NCBI GenBank assembly: GCA_963727565.1 | Contig: CAVSGU010000007.1 | Span: 119,979 to 183,978, forward strand | From: an uncultured Flavobacteriaceae bacterium | GTDB lineage: Bacteria; Bacteroidota; Bacteroidia; Flavobacteriales; Flavobacteriaceae | Length of the DNA stretch: 64,000 bases | Reading direction: 5' to 3' | Part shown: positions 32,622 through 44,845 of the stretch, in pieces | How positions within the stretch are numbered: the first letter of the stretch is position 1 | How the letters are laid out: each line of letters opens with the position of its first letter | Notes under the pieces: model-generated | What the model was told of the DNA's origin: nothing | Databases searched by the model: none | Seen by the model: only the letters and a program-made list of their open reading frames with translations | Translations under genes and position numbers: made by a program

Positions 32622-33783
32622 ATGAGGTTACTATATTACTCTACTTCTTACTACGCCAATCACGGAGGAAGTATACAATCTAAGGAATTGTTTAAAAATT
32701 TTAAAGATCGGGAACAAATAACTGCTCTTGAGCTATTTCCTGATCTTGTGATAAAAAAGGAGATCTCAATAGCCAATGCTAAGTGGGATTACAAAAGTTT
32801 CCTAAAAAAATCAAGCATATTACAAGTACTTTTTTTCTACCGTCGAAATCAATTTTATTTAAAAGACTTGTTCAATAAAATTATAATGTTTAAGCCCGAC
32901 GTTATTCTTATACAAATTGATTCCAATTTTTTGCAAATAAAATATATCAAAAAGCGGTTTCCCGATCTCAAAATTTGTACTCAGATAAACGGCTCCCCAT
33001 TTGATGAACCATACTTTAAAATAGCCTTTAAAAACGAATTTTTGAAACTCCAGAGAAACATATATCAGCTATCAGATCTAAATATTTTTATCTCCGATTA
33101 TTCAAGGAATGAAATTATGAATGATCGTATTGACCGAAACCAGGGATATAGTAATTCATAATGGAACCGATGTAGAAAAGTTTTATCCCATACAAAATAA
33201 AACGAAATTAAGAGAGTCTCTGGCTTATAATCCTCAAAACTTTATTCTAGGTTATGTTGGCACTTTAGATTACCATAAGAAATTAGACATTTTAATTAAG
33301 GCATTTGCAGACTTTTCCCACAACCGAGAGGAAGCTGTTCTTGTAATTATTGGAGATGGACCTGCCTATAAAGAAATAGAAGCTCTAATAATTAAAATGA
33401 ACTTAAAAAATAGAATATTTTTGGAAGGTTGGGTTGATCACGAAAAAATAAACGACCATATTAATTGTTTTGATATAGCTGTGCATCATTATGCTAATGC
33501 TTATATGAACCCGCTTAAGGTGTTTGAATACCTATCTGCAGGTGTTCCGGTAATAGCGCCTAATATTCCATCAATCAACGCATATTTCAAAAACGGAAGA
33601 GACCTTCTAATTACATCTGGAACGCAAAAAGATATTTACGATAAAATTATTTTTTTATATAACAACCCAGCAAAACGTATTGAATTAAGTAATAAAGAAG
33701 CAATCATAAAAAAGATGGAGAATAACTTCACCTGGAAAAATTATTCGAATAGAATCTTAAGTCACATTCAAAAGATTTTTTAA
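32622..33783 (+). CDS. GT4 glycosyltransferase; +1 indel near 33135 joins track ORFs 32622-33161 and 33121-33783
   Basis: IHNGTD, YVGTL, IIGDGP and NPLKVFEYLSAGVPVI motifs. Confidence 0.8.
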
Positions 33784-33869
33784 ACTTCTTGATACAAGTT
33801 TAGCCCTCCCATTCCGGCCTGAAATTTATCAAGATACTGAAGGGAGTCCTTTTAAAAAAAATCATAAGC

Positions 33870-35772
33870 TTAAAGATTCAAATAAGTTTCTTTATACCAT
33901 TTTTGAAAACAGAAGAAAGCCCATACTCTAAAAGTATTATCCTGTTTTCCCGTAATATGATTTTCTACTAGATTCCGTACAAACTCTTTCTCAAATAAAT
34001 TCTGTTTTTCTAAAAAGTTATTCTCTATATAAGATTCCAACTCAGGTTTTAAATATCCTCTAAGCCAATCTCCTACCGGAACTCCAAATCCTTTTTTTGA
34101 TTTATTTAGAAAATCTTTTGGGAAATATTCTTTAAAGGCTTCTTTTAAAATGTATTTCTTATCCCATCCTTTCATTAAATAATTTTCAGGTAACTGACCG
34201 GTAAAATCCCAAAGCTTTTTATTTAAAAAAGGAGCCCGGGATTCCAGAGAGGTTAGCATACTGGTACGATCTACTTTTACCAGCATATCTCCTTCCAGGC
34301 TTAAAATCTTATCGATATTACGAAAATCTGTTAGAGTTTTCAGCATTGTTATTACAGTGTTTTTATAAGGTTCAAAGACTTCCGATTTCACCCATCTTTC
34401 TTTCAGCAATTGCGACACATCTTCCGTTGAAAAGCAAGGGAAATAATATTATAATAAAAATCACCTTCATAATTAATCGCGTTCATCAATTTTCTCATTT
34501 TAAACCGTGTTCCGCGCTTATCATCTTTTGTACTTAGTAAATTATTTGCCGCTCCTTTTAGTTTGTTATGAAAAGTTTTTGGCACAACCGACGAGTATTT
34601 TTGGTTCATCTTACCGATATAATACTTATTATATCCACCAAAAATTTCATCTCCTCCGTCACCAGTTAAAGCTACTTTCACGTGCTGCCTGGTTTTGTTA
34701 GCAACAAGATAAGTAGGCAAGGAAGAGGAATCGGCAAAAGGTTCATCAAAATTTAGCAATATTTCATCGAGATTTCCTTTTAAATCATTTACTGAAATAA
34801 TAAACTCATGATGATTACTATCAATAAGATTTGCAACAGTTCTTGATTTATCGGTCTCATCAAAAGATTTTTTTTCAAAACCTACCGAGAAAGTGTCAAT
34901 TTTAGTATCCAATTGTTTGGACAAAGCAAGGGATACTACCGAAGAATCCACACCTCCAGAGAGAAAAGTACCTAAGGGCACATCGGCCACAGACCTGCTT
35001 TTTACACTCTCCAACATCAAATCATGGGTTAGTGTTTTTGCCTCATTAAAAGGTATCTTAGGATCTAAAGTTATACTTTTTTCATTTTGAATAGGAAAGA
35101 TTTGCATTTCGAAATTATCTAAATGCAATTCCATATAATGGTTAGCCTCAAGTTTATAGACACTGTCGTAAATTGAATAAGGCGCAGGAATATAGGTTAA
35201 CCTAAAATAAAGATTTAAACCTTCTTTTGAAATCTGAGGTTTTTCAGGTAGCATCTTCACGAGAGATTTCAACTCTGAGCACCAAATTATTTGATTATTG
35301 GTTTTTGTGTAATAAAGAGGCTTTTCACCGAAAAAATCCCTTGCAATAAATATTTTATTTTTGGTTTTATCATAAATGCTAAACGCAAACATGCCATCTA
35401 ACATTCCAAAACTTTCTGTTCCCCATTCTTCATAGGCTTTTAAAATAACCTCAGTATCTGAAGTAGTTTTAAACTCATGCCCTTTTTCTAACAGACTCTC
35501 TTTAAGCTCCCGATAATTGTATATCTCACCGTTGAAGAATATAAGAAGTATCTTCAGATTTATTAAAAATTGGTTGAGCTCCTGTACCTAAATCGATGAT
35601 TGAAAGTCTTCGCATGGCCATCGCTACCGAAAATGAAGAATTCGATTCGGTAAAGAAACCATCCTGATCTGGACCCGCGGTGAATAATTTTATTATTCAT
35701 TACCTCTAGCTGCCCTCTTAAATCTTCCAGGCCAATTTGCCCATTTGTAATAAAACCGTTAATTCCGCACAT
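33870..35772 (-). pseudogene. asnB: AsnB-family glutamine amidotransferase (polysaccharide-associated); indels near 35670, 35540 and 34410
   Basis: MCGI Ntn cysteine, HRG-PD and RLSIIDL after frame correction, RDFFGEKPLYY, LSGGVDSS, GDGGDEIFGGY, LESRAPFL, KKGFGVP. Confidence 0.88.
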
Positions 35773-35791
35773 AAATAATTTTTAGAGCCTG

Positions 35792-35799
35792 CAAATATA
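35792..35799 (-). promoter_or_regulatory. -7 box TATATTTG upstream of asnB
   Basis: Exact TAnnTTTG 19 nt before the ATG. Confidence 0.4.
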
Positions 35800-35823
35800 T
35801 AAGTATAAAGCTAAATTGTAATT

Positions 35824-36789
35824 TTATTGAGTGACAAGCTTTCCTGTTTCAAACATATTTAACGATAAGTAGCCATATTTTTCCCTTAAAGTGGTAAAAT
35901 GAATTAGTAGCTCCTCTAAATCCCTTAAATTTTCTTCAGGATGATCTCCAAAATTATGCGGATGCCACCATAGATGATAAAATTCATTGGCTTTAGCAGC
36001 TTTAGTCATCTCTGCCTTTATCCTCTTTAATTTTAAAGAATTCAATTTCTTATTGTGAGAATAAGGTCTTAATAATCTACTTGCCTTTTGAGAAAACGGC
36101 TGTTCTTTTAGTTTAATACTTTCAGCTAACTTATAGGATTTATCTAATGAACCAAGATAAGCATCACCCGTTCTAAAGATTTTATTAACTAAGGAGTCAC
36201 TTTCTGTATTCCTCCAATACCAATTGATTGGATTAGAACGCACATTGTCAATTCCCAGTTTTTTACAAATCGTTAAATATTCTTCATTAAATTGATTTCT
36301 GGGAAAAACGAGAGATTTTAATTCAACTCCAATCTTGTTAGCCATCATAATAGATTGTTGCAGATCAAATTCAAAACTTTCCAGTTTTTGTCCTTTTTCG
36401 AGACAGTAGTAATGCGAATAAGTATGAGTAGCCAATTCTTGTTTGGGAGAATCTTTTATAAGCTTAACAAGTGCCGGAGCAAAACATAATTCTTCAGTTT
36501 CTTTAGACTGAATAGTCTTACCATATTTGTAGGCGGAAAGTGCTGCATTTGCATACTGAGGTAATACTTCAGGAATATTGGAATTCCATTCCTTCCAGTT
36601 TTCGTTAAAAAGCATACCGACAGTTGCCCAGGTACAGGAAATTTCATATTTCACGAAAAGTTGAATCAATTGAGGAATAAGTTCCCGGGTATTCTGAAAA
36701 TATAGTCTCTTTTCTTCTAAACTGACTTTATCGAAAACTCCCCAAAGAAGCTCAAAATCAAGTGAAATTACTAACGCTCCGTTTTTCAT
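35824..36789 (-). CDS. Polysaccharide deacetylase (NodB/CE4-like)
   Basis: ISLDFELLWG, TWATVG, ELATHTYSHYY, VFPRNQ, WWHPHNFG. Confidence 0.85.
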   Translation of the reverse strand: MKNGALVISLDFELLWGVFDKVSLEEKRLYFQNTRELIPQLIQLFVKYEISCTWATVGMLFNENWKEWNSNIPEVLPQYANAALSAYKYGKTIQSKETEELCFAPALVKLIKDSPKQELATHTYSHYYCLEKGQKLESFEFDLQQSIMMANKIGVELKSLVFPRNQFNEEYLTICKKLGIDNVRSNPINWYWRNTESDSLVNKIFRTGDAYLGSLDKSYKLAESIKLKEQPFSQKASRLLRPYSHNKKLNSLKLKRIKAEMTKAAKANEFYHLWWHPHNFGDHPEENLRDLEELLIHFTTLREKYGYLSLNMFETGKLVTQ

Positions 36790-36889
36790 AATATATTAAT
36801 TCTATTCTTTAAAATCCATTCAACAATGATTCTAATTACCAACTCTCCTTTAATACAAACCCGTTTTATAATTAGAAAATTCAACAGTA

Positions 36890-38096
36890 CTAAATTGTTG
36901 CGGTTACTTCATTCTTTCTTCGCTTCTGCCTAAGACGTTTGATTTTAATCAATCTTGTCATATTTTTTCTGAGCCAAATAATAATAAATAACAAAGAAAA
37001 TATAATACATTACCATAGATTTTTGTCTCATAATTATTCCAAGGTTAGACATTACAAAAGTCATCGCAAAAGATGTACTTATAAATATTACGAAACTCAT
37101 TTTAACTACTGCCGGTGATTTTTTTATAAATTTTATAAAATCTTTCTTCAGGATTTTCAAGAATAATAGTAAGTAAATTAAATTTTCAAATGAGGTTATA
37201 ATTCCCAAAATATTTGGTGCATCTATAAATAAGGGCCTAAACCAAAAGGTAAAAAGCTTAAAAGGTAATGGATAAGAAGACATATCTACACCAGATCCCG
37301 ATTTACTCAAATCTTCTGAACGTTCTTCAGACTGTGCCTGAAAATCTTCTATTATATTTTCCGAATTTTGCAAATTCATTACCGCCAGGATCTGATCTTG
37401 CACCAAAATTAGTGCTCCCCCTAAAGAAACAAAAACTAGTGCTTTTTGCCATAAGGGAATTTTCTCTTTGCCACTCATATATCCCAAGACCGTACCCACC
37501 GCTACAAACATAAAAACGTGGGGACGGATATAATATATTATAATTGAGCCCAGGAAAAGAAGAAATAACCTGGATTTAGGCTTAATAATAGCATAAGTAA
37601 ACATCATTAGCCCAAGAAAAATAGCGGAACCCTTTCCCAGAGAGGCGGTCCAGAAATGCATATTAGGAAAGAAAAGAATTAATGTAAAAAGATCAATATT
37701 CTTAAATACCGTAATTTTGATTGGAATTTTTTCCCGAAAAAACATGTAAGCATATACAAAGCCCAAATATCCAAACCAGGCAAAAGTTAGCATCAGCATA
37801 TCATAAGAGAATCCCATGGAATAAAAGGGATAAGCAAAAAAATGTATAAAAGCTGTATCTGTACCAAACAACTCAAACCAACTTCCCTGATGGATTGATA
37901 TCATTTCAAAATATTTCTTAGAGTCTGAAGGATTGTTGTAAGCATACCAGGTATAAACCCCGTAAAAAAGCAAATGATAAAGATATAAGAGATTGAGTTT
38001 CTTCTTATCAAAAAAAGCATGACGCTTCGAGTAAGCACCAAAAATCGCTTGATTGAGGATAAAGAATAAAATTATTAAAAAGAAAACTCCTAACAT
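36890..38096 (-). CDS. Multi-pass membrane protein, Wzy/O-antigen polymerase-like; probable indel near the 3' end (36950)
   Basis: About 11 TM segments with a periplasmic loop; FWTASLGKG, FWFRPLF and NLGIIMRQKSM. An alternative frame extends to about 36890. Confidence 0.6.
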
Positions 38097-38097
38097 A

Positions 38098-39039
38098 TTA
38101 AAATAATTCCAGGTCTCCTAAGCTATTATTCCAGCTACTAATTTTTAAAGAAAATTCATTCTCCTCATCGCTCATATTCAAAGCATTAAAAGTAAGCATT
38201 GGCCCCAGATTTCCCTTTTTAGCGTTTAGATCTAAGAGGCTTGGAGAAAAACTTATTAGATGGCAGCTGAACTTCGATATAATCTTTTTGATGATTTTCT
38301 TAAGTTCTTTTTTATCTAGTAAGTTTTGATCATAAATATATTCAGATATCCTAAATTCCTTAAACCTGCCTCTTTTTTTAATGTAAGCAGCTAAATAATA
38401 ACCCTTACCCGCAATTACCTCATAAGATTGTAAAGGATTTTCTTCATACCGCCACTTCAACATTTCAGCGGATTTAGGGGTGAATAAACCTGACTTAGCC
38501 TCCAGCGTTTTATTCCAATTCGTGCATAAAACCTCTATTTCAGTTTGAGAAATATTCTTTTTAATACTATAAGCTTGTTGAGATTTTCTAGGCTTTAAAA
38601 AAGATAAGCTTGGTTTTAAGCCAACATAAACTTTTCCAACCTGCTTCCATCCCATCTTTAAATAGCCGGGTCTACTTTGCTCATTAGGCGTATTAAAAAT
38701 AAAATTATCATTATTTGATTTGGCCAATTCAACAGCCTTTAAAGTTAGTTTTTTAAAAATACCCTTTCCCTGGTGCTGAGGATGTGTTGCAGTATCTACA
38801 GCTCTTAATGCCATATATTTATTTGACTCATATTGCCATTCCCAACGCATAAAGGCACGAACCCCTATAATTTTTTCATTTTCTACAGCTATTAATACAA
38901 TAGATTTTCCAAAGGGATTATCTATATGTTTGTATTGCCATACTTTTTCTGAAAGCTCTATTTGATCTTCTCCAAGGCTGGCTTTTAGCACTTTTACAAT
39001 TTCAGAGATATCTGTTTCGTTAGCTTCCCGAATTTCCAT
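38098..39039 (-). CDS. GNAT-family acyltransferase
   Basis: RAVDTATHPQHQGKGIFKKL acetyl-CoA motif A; FNTPNEQSRPGYLKMGW. Confidence 0.85.
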   Translation of the reverse strand: MEIREANETDISEIVKVLKASLGEDQIELSEKVWQYKHIDNPFGKSIVLIAVENEKIIGVRAFMRWEWQYESNKYMALRAVDTATHPQHQGKGIFKKLTLKAVELAKSNNDNFIFNTPNEQSRPGYLKMGWKQVGKVYVGLKPSLSFLKPRKSQQAYSIKKNISQTEIEVLCTNWNKTLEAKSGLFTPKSAEMLKWRYEENPLQSYEVIAGKGYYLAAYIKKRGRFKEFRISEYIYDQNLLDKKELKKIIKKIISKFSCHLISFSPSLLDLNAKKGNLGPMLTFNALNMSDEENEFSLKISSWNNSLGDLELF

Positions 39040-39191
39040 GTTATTCTTTGTTTATATTATATATTTTTATACTTATCTCTAATTCTACCCTAATTTTACC
39101 TCTAGCAAAATAAGTGTTAATGAGAGCAATATATGTCTACGAATCTTCCGAATTCATGCCATAACTTTCTAAATTGATTAGCTATAAACAA

Positions 39192-40304
39192 TTAACCAAT
39201 CAAATCAAGGTAGCATTCCTCCAGTTCTTTAACCATCTTAGCAAGACTAAACGAGTTAATTACTCTTTTTCGTGCAGCTTCCTGAAATTCTTTTCTTTTT
39301 TCAGTATTTCCCAAAAAGTCTAAACAGTTTTTGGCAAGAGCATTTGCATCTCCGACTTCACTTAATAAACCATCCTTTTCATTTCTTACTACTTCCACTA
39401 CACCACCTGCTTTGGTAGAAACAATAGCACAACCGGTGCTCATCGCCTCCAGCAAAGCTATAGGAAGACCTTCAAATTGTGAGCTCATCATAAAAATATC
39501 CATTGTAGATAAAAAGTCTACAGTATTGGTTTGTAGTCCTGGTAGGATAATTCGGTGGTCTAAGTTATATGTTTTAATAAGGTTTTTTATCTCTTCTTCT
39601 TTAGGGCCGGCGCCTACTAATAAGCCATACACTTCTGGAAATGAATCATTAATTAATTTAAATGCTTTCACCCAGGCAACAAGATCCTTTTGCTCTCTAA
39701 AAACAGCCAGGTTACCCACTACTAATGCCTGACTCGGAATGTTGTATTTTTCCTTTATCGCTTCAGCGGAAACTTGATCTCTATTAAATTTTTTAGTATT
39801 AACTCCATTTAGAAGGGTTTGAACAGGAACTTTCGGGTTAATATTTTCTTTAATAGAACGACTAACATCTGCCGAAACCCCCAATGCTTTACTTTGCCAA
39901 TTAAAAGTAATTGCGTTTAACTTCCTGGTAGCGAAATGATAACGCTCCTGTATATTATGTTCAGTGTAAATTACAGGTGTACCGGTATTTTTGAAAACAA
40001 ACCTGGAAAGAAAACCGGACCAGGGTAAATGAGAATGAATTAAATCAATTTCATTTTCTTTGCAATAAGTAGCAACTTCTTTATACCTGGAAAGTAATGT
40101 TAGATTATTACCGGCCTTCAAGCAACTTACAATCCCACCGGCTTGCTTAATCTCCGCTACCATTTGATCTTTCCAGGGAAGAAAATAAATGAAGTGAAAT
40201 TCAAATTTTTCCTTATTATGCAGTCTAAGGGTTTCCGGTAAAAGTGTTTCCGCTCCACCTCTACCCAAAGATTTTATAACATGAAGTATTCTAATTTTTG
40301 ACAT
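39192..40304 (-). CDS. GT4 glycosyltransferase
   Basis: SLGRGGAE, HSHL, LLNGV, SSQFEGLPIALLEAM. Confidence 0.9.
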   Translation of the reverse strand: MSKIRILHVIKSLGRGGAETLLPETLRLHNKEKFEFHFIYFLPWKDQMVAEIKQAGGIVSCLKAGNNLTLLSRYKEVATYCKENEIDLIHSHLPWSGFLSRFVFKNTGTPVIYTEHNIQERYHFATRKLNAITFNWQSKALGVSADVSRSIKENINPKVPVQTLLNGVNTKKFNRDQVSAEAIKEKYNIPSQALVVGNLAVFREQKDLVAWVKAFKLINDSFPEVYGLLVGAGPKEEEIKNLIKTYNLDHRIILPGLQTNTVDFLSTMDIFMMSSQFEGLPIALLEAMSTGCAIVSTKAGGVVEVVRNEKDGLLSEVGDANALAKNCLDFLGNTEKRKEFQEAARKRVINSFSLAKMVKELEECYLDLIG

Positions 40305-40321
40305 AAGAGCAAATAAAGTCG

Positions 40322-40329
40322 CAAAGTTA
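40322..40329 (-). promoter_or_regulatory. -7 box TAACTTTG upstream of GT4
   Basis: Exact TAnnTTTG 17 nt before the ATG. Confidence 0.4.
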
Positions 40330-40508
40330 AGCCATTCTACTCCTTTACCAAGAATTTTAAAATTAATTAAGATTTCTAAATTTAAACCTTACAGATATAG
40401 TAAGACTCACAACTTCCGAATAAAATCTGAAATCATCAATTTCATAGTTGGTATAATGTCTTGCTCACCATAATTCAACAGGATAAATCATTTAAAGTCT
40501 CCAAGAAG

Positions 40509-41576
40509 TTAGCTAATTACTTTATGATAAAATTCCAGAAATTCCTTAGCTAGCTTTTCATTCATGAATTTTCGGGTAACCATGCTATGAGCCTGTGCTA
40601 TTTGAGAATCATTTGGATGCTTTAAATTATTAATTATCGCTTTAGCAAATTCGGCTTCATTATCCTTTTCTATCAAGCTACCTGTAGTTTTGTTCACTAT
40701 TTCACTAATTCCGCCTACGTTGTATGCTATTACAGGAGTTTTACAATACATAGCTTCCAACAAGACTCCAGGAAGTCCTTCTATTTTACTTGGAAGCACC
40801 AAAAGATCACTGCTTTTAATGTAATCTAGAGGATTGTTTACAAAACCGTAAAAAGTAATATGCTGTTCAAGCCTCAACTCTCTTGTTAAATTTTCAATCT
40901 TGGGTCTTAAAGGTCCATCCCCAATCAAGTGAAGATGAATATCTGGTTTTAGAAGCAACACTTCACTAAATATTCTCAAAAGACCTTCATGATTCTTTTC
41001 AAAGCTAAAACCTCCTACATGGACAATATTACTTTTAGCCTTACTAAGTTTAGCGCCTGCAATTGCAGTTTTATTCTCAAGACCAATAGGAATTACAATC
41101 GTCTTACTTTCTAAAAAGGAAAAGTGATAGATTAAATCTTTTCTGGATTTTTCGGAAACTGAAGCTACTCCTGCTACATTTCGGTACAAAAAGCTATTAA
41201 ACTTTTTTTGAAAGTTGGTATTGAGGTATTGACCAACCTCACTGGCGTTTCTGAATATAATTGGAGCTTTCCAAGCGAAAATCTTTTTGGAAAAAACCGC
41301 ATATTTAAGTGTATCTCCAGAGTTAGCCTGCACTATATCCGGCTGAAAATCTTTAACGTATTCAGCTAATTTCTTCCAGGCGTTCCAATCAAAAAACTTT
41401 TTTTCCTGCCCGAATAGGTTTTCTATCGAATCTTCCCAGTTTAGATTTGCGCTTCCATTATAAATAGCAATGATCTTGACTTCGTGTCCTATTTTTTTTT
41501 GATGATTAGATAACTGACAGGTAAAAGTTTCAGCACCTCTATTTTGGGGTTTATGAATTAAATGAAGAATTTTCAT
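40509..41576 (-). CDS. GT4 glycosyltransferase
   Basis: RGAE, IGDGP, PSKIEGLPGVLLEAM. Confidence 0.9.
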   Translation of the reverse strand: MKILHLIHKPQNRGAETFTCQLSNHQKKIGHEVKIIAIYNGSANLNWEDSIENLFGQEKKFFDWNAWKKLAEYVKDFQPDIVQANSGDTLKYAVFSKKIFAWKAPIIFRNASEVGQYLNTNFQKKFNSFLYRNVAGVASVSEKSRKDLIYHFSFLESKTIVIPIGLENKTAIAGAKLSKAKSNIVHVGGFSFEKNHEGLLRIFSEVLLLKPDIHLHLIGDGPLRPKIENLTRELRLEQHITFYGFVNNPLDYIKSSDLLVLPSKIEGLPGVLLEAMYCKTPVIAYNVGGISEIVNKTTGSLIEKDNEAEFAKAIINNLKHPNDSQIAQAHSMVTRKFMNEKLAKEFLEFYHKVIS

Positions 41577-41648
41577 GCTTTAGATTTATTGAATTATTTA
41601 ATAGCTGCTAGATTGTTGAATAAATTATAAAAGTTGCGTTTTGATTAT

Positions 41649-42560
41649 TCAATTTTCCAGAAGTCTAAGACTATCTATTAATTTAATAAGTTCACGATTA
41701 AACTTATTTACTCCATTTTGATTTAAATGACTCTCATCGTAAAAATCCTTTTGAGAGGATAAGCTGGTCAGCTCATTAAAATTATAATAGTTTCCGTATT
41801 TACTAATAAAATCTTCCACCTCTTGTTGGTTGTTATAGCTAAATGTATATGGTGCCTGTATTAGCAAGTAAGGGATATCATTACTTTTTAAAAAATCAAT
41901 ATTTGCTCTAAACGCATTTATTTGCTTAGGTAAAGGATTCCAGTTTTTATTAATCGCAGCTTGTGAATTAAAGCTTAACTTTCGTTCTACAAAACCACCT
42001 GATATATATGTATCTTCTTTATTATCTACTGAGTTAACTATTTCAGGTCCTGTAGGTTCAAAAATAGAGAACAAATAAGTATTTACTGCTCTTATATCAC
42101 GAGTTTGATAGAGAAGGTCAATTATTTCTAAATCCATATCCTCAGTAGCGGAAATTATATTAATTGTAGACTCCACTCCTTTGATAGCGAACATTTCCGG
42201 ATAAACCTCATAAATTACTAACTTTGGATTTCGATCCGTCAAGTATCTTTTCATCAAATATTCAGTCTGTATATGGGTTTGAGCGCTAGAACCTAAATTA
42301 AAACTACTTATTCCATTTTTCTTAAATATCCTGGTATCAAATCCTCTATAAGAATGAGAAGAACCAAAGAAAACGATATCTACATCCCTGTAATTTTCAA
42401 CCTTACTAAGCTTTGTTTCCAAAAAACCTTCATTTGGATTAAAAATTAAATTTCTTCTTAGAGAAGAAGGAATGAAATAGCCCCATACCCCTATAAATAA
42501 TATATAAAAAAGAGAACTACACAATAAAAATATTAAGAGCTTTTGTAAGAACTTCTTCAT
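41649..42560 (-). CDS. SGNH/AlgJ-DltD-like periplasmic partner of the MBOAT
   Basis: N-terminal TM, FFGSSHS (block I), NLG, and DESHLNQNG (DxxH) next to an MBOAT gene. Confidence 0.65.
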   Translation of the reverse strand: MKKFLQKLLIFLLCSSLFYILFIGVWGYFIPSSLRRNLIFNPNEGFLETKLSKVENYRDVDIVFFGSSHSYRGFDTRIFKKNGISSFNLGSSAQTHIQTEYLMKRYLTDRNPKLVIYEVYPEMFAIKGVESTINIISATEDMDLEIIDLLYQTRDIRAVNTYLFSIFEPTGPEIVNSVDNKEDTYISGGFVERKLSFNSQAAINKNWNPLPKQINAFRANIDFLKSNDIPYLLIQAPYTFSYNNQQEVEDFISKYGNYYNFNELTSLSSQKDFYDESHLNQNGVNKFNRELIKLIDSLRLLEN

Positions 42561-42662
42561 ATTATATTAATTCAGTTTCAATTACAGTACTTATCATAAA
42601 AGTATTTTGCCAAAGGTTGATTTCAAGAAGTATTTTTGCGACATTCCAAATCACTTTCGGAA

Positions 42663-44112
42663 TTAAAAATCAAAATAAATAAATTGTGATTTATCCGTAA
42701 ACATATACATTCCTATAAGAAAAACAAGAAAGCTATAAGCTCCCCATCTTAAGGTTAGTAGACCTAATTCTGGATAGGTTTTGTATAGCGAATTGATATT
42801 CTCTGCCAATCCATTCTATTCCAATAAACAAAAATACCAGAATAAAAGTACTTTTTGCTAAACCCAGACCGGGATAATATGGAATAGTAAATAAAGAGTT
42901 AGAAAAGATATTTCCAATCATAGAAATTGCATGTGGTGCACTCTCGGCTCTAAAAAATATCCAGGCGAAGACCGTAAGAGAAAAAGTTATCACAATCTTT
43001 AGTACTTCTTTCAAACCTGGTAGTAAACTTCCTTTAGCCACAACTTCCAAATTTTGCCTGTTTTTTCCTGCCAACAATAATGGTAAGAAATAGGCAGCGT
43101 TGAGTGCTCCCCATATTATAAAAGTCCAGCTTGCTCCATGCCAAAAACCACTTACAATAAAAATAATAAACGTATTCCTTACTTTCATAGGAGTTCCTCC
43201 TCTGCTTCCTCCCAGCGGTATATAAAGGTAATCCCTAAACCAGGTAGAAAGTGAGATATGCCACCTTCTCCAAAATTCTGCAATATCCCTGGAAAAATAA
43301 GGAAAAGCAAAGTTTTGCATAAGGTTAAAACCAAACAGCCTGGCCGTGCCTATAGCTATATCAGAATAGCCGGAGAAATCACCATAGATTTGAAAAGTAA
43401 AAAAAAGTGCTCCTAACAATTGGGTACTACCGGAGAGAGAGCCGGAGTTCTCAAAAATATAATTCGCGTACAGTGCACAATTGTCTGCAATTACAATTTT
43501 CTTAAATAAACCCCATAAGATTTGGCGTAAACCATCTGTAGCTTCTTCATAATTAAAATTTCTCTTCTTATTAAATTGGGGAAGTAAATTAGTAGCTCTC
43601 TCTATAGGACCGGCTACTAATTGCGGAAAAAAACTAACAAAGGCTGCAAAGGTTATAATATCTCTGGCAGGTTGTAATTTTCCTCTATAGACATCTATTG
43701 TATAACTTAGGGTTTGAAAAGTATAGAAACTTATTCCAACCGGTAGAATAATATTTAATGAACTCATACTCCAATTGGCTCCAAAAAAAGTAAAGGCATT
43801 GGATACATTCTCTATAAAAAAATTAAAATATTTAAAAACGCCTAATACGCCAAGGTTTGCTATTAAACTAAGCCATAAAAGATACTTTCGCTTTTTTAAA
43901 TTTTCAGTTTTGTTTAAAGCTAAACCAATACTAAAATCCACTAAAGTGCTAAATAAAATTAAGCTAAGAAACCGCCAATCCCACCAGGCATAAAAGATAT
44001 AACTAGCTAAAAGTATAAGTATATTTTGATACTTCAACCTATCTTTTAGCAGCCAGTATAAAACGAAAACTATCGGAAGAAAAATGGCAAAATCAAGAGA
44101 ATTAAAAAGCAA
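42663..44112 (-). CDS. MBOAT-family O-acyltransferase (AlgI/DltB-like); +1 indel near 42750
   Basis: LPVGISFYTFQ, FFPQLVAGPI, YGDFSGYSDIA, FWRRWHISLSTW, SGFWHGA. The corrected frame ends FIYFDF at 42663. Confidence 0.92.
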
Positions 44113-44138
44113 TTGATCTTATTTTAAGATTAGTTTGG

Positions 44139-44146
44139 CAAAATTA
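44139..44146 (-). promoter_or_regulatory. -7 box TAATTTTG upstream of MBOAT
   Basis: Exact TAnnTTTG in the divergent intergenic region. Confidence 0.4.
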
Positions 44147-44254
44147 AAAATTTTAATGAAACTAGTTCATTGCATTCTTGCTTAAAATTTTGAATATCAT
44201 ATTGATTTTCAATATTTTTGCGAAATATTACAGCATTACCCCAAATTTTATTAG

Positions 44255-44797
44255 ATGAGAAAATTAAGAAAATTACCTAAAGCTATTATTTCAAAAATCA
44301 GAATCATTCTGTATTTTTTTCTATTTAAAATTAGCAAGAATTGGGTAATTCTAAATCGAATAAGTGTACGTTTGAGACCCGCGATCTGGAAAGCGACGGG
44401 CTGTAAGATTGGAGAAAATGTATCTATGGGCTATGATATTTATTATGACGTACATAATGCTAACCTAATTACCATTGAAGATGATGTTTGGGTGGCCAGT
44501 AGAAGTTTAATTCTCTGCCATAAGAGAGACTTAAGTTTATATCATAAGAATACTCGCTATAATGATCTCCAATACATTAAATCTCCCGTGGTTTTAAAAA
44601 AAGGATGTGTAATTGGAATGGCAAGTACAATCATGCCTGGCGTTACCGTAGGAGAAGGTGCTATTGTTGGGGCTGGGTCTTTAGTAGTAAAGGATGTACC
44701 TGCTTGGACTATAGTTACCGGTAACCCTGCAAAAGTGGTAAAAGAAATTAAAGAAGAGCCATCGACAAATCAACCCGTACTTGAGAAAGTTTCCTAA
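44255..44797 (+). CDS. Hexapeptide-repeat (LbH) acyltransferase
   Basis: GCKIGENV, ITIEDDVWV, IMPGVTVGEGAIVGAGSLV, GNPAKVVK. Confidence 0.88.
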   Translation: MRKLRKLPKAIISKIRIILYFFLFKISKNWVILNRISVRLRPAIWKATGCKIGENVSMGYDIYYDVHNANLITIEDDVWVASRSLILCHKRDLSLYHKNTRYNDLQYIKSPVVLKKGCVIGMASTIMPGVTVGEGAIVGAGSLVVKDVPAWTIVTGNPAKVVKEIKEEPSTNQPVLEKVS

Positions 44798-44845
44798 CTA
44801 ATAACTCATTTACTTTTACCCCATATAGCAATGATCTTTGACGAA

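Noticed and set aside
33784-33869. Interleaved short inverted repeats (tcttgata/tatcaaga; ctccc/gggag) between convergent genes as a pseudoknot or RNA element
   Set aside because: The stems are only 5-8 bp in AT-rich DNA and are not distinguishable from chance.
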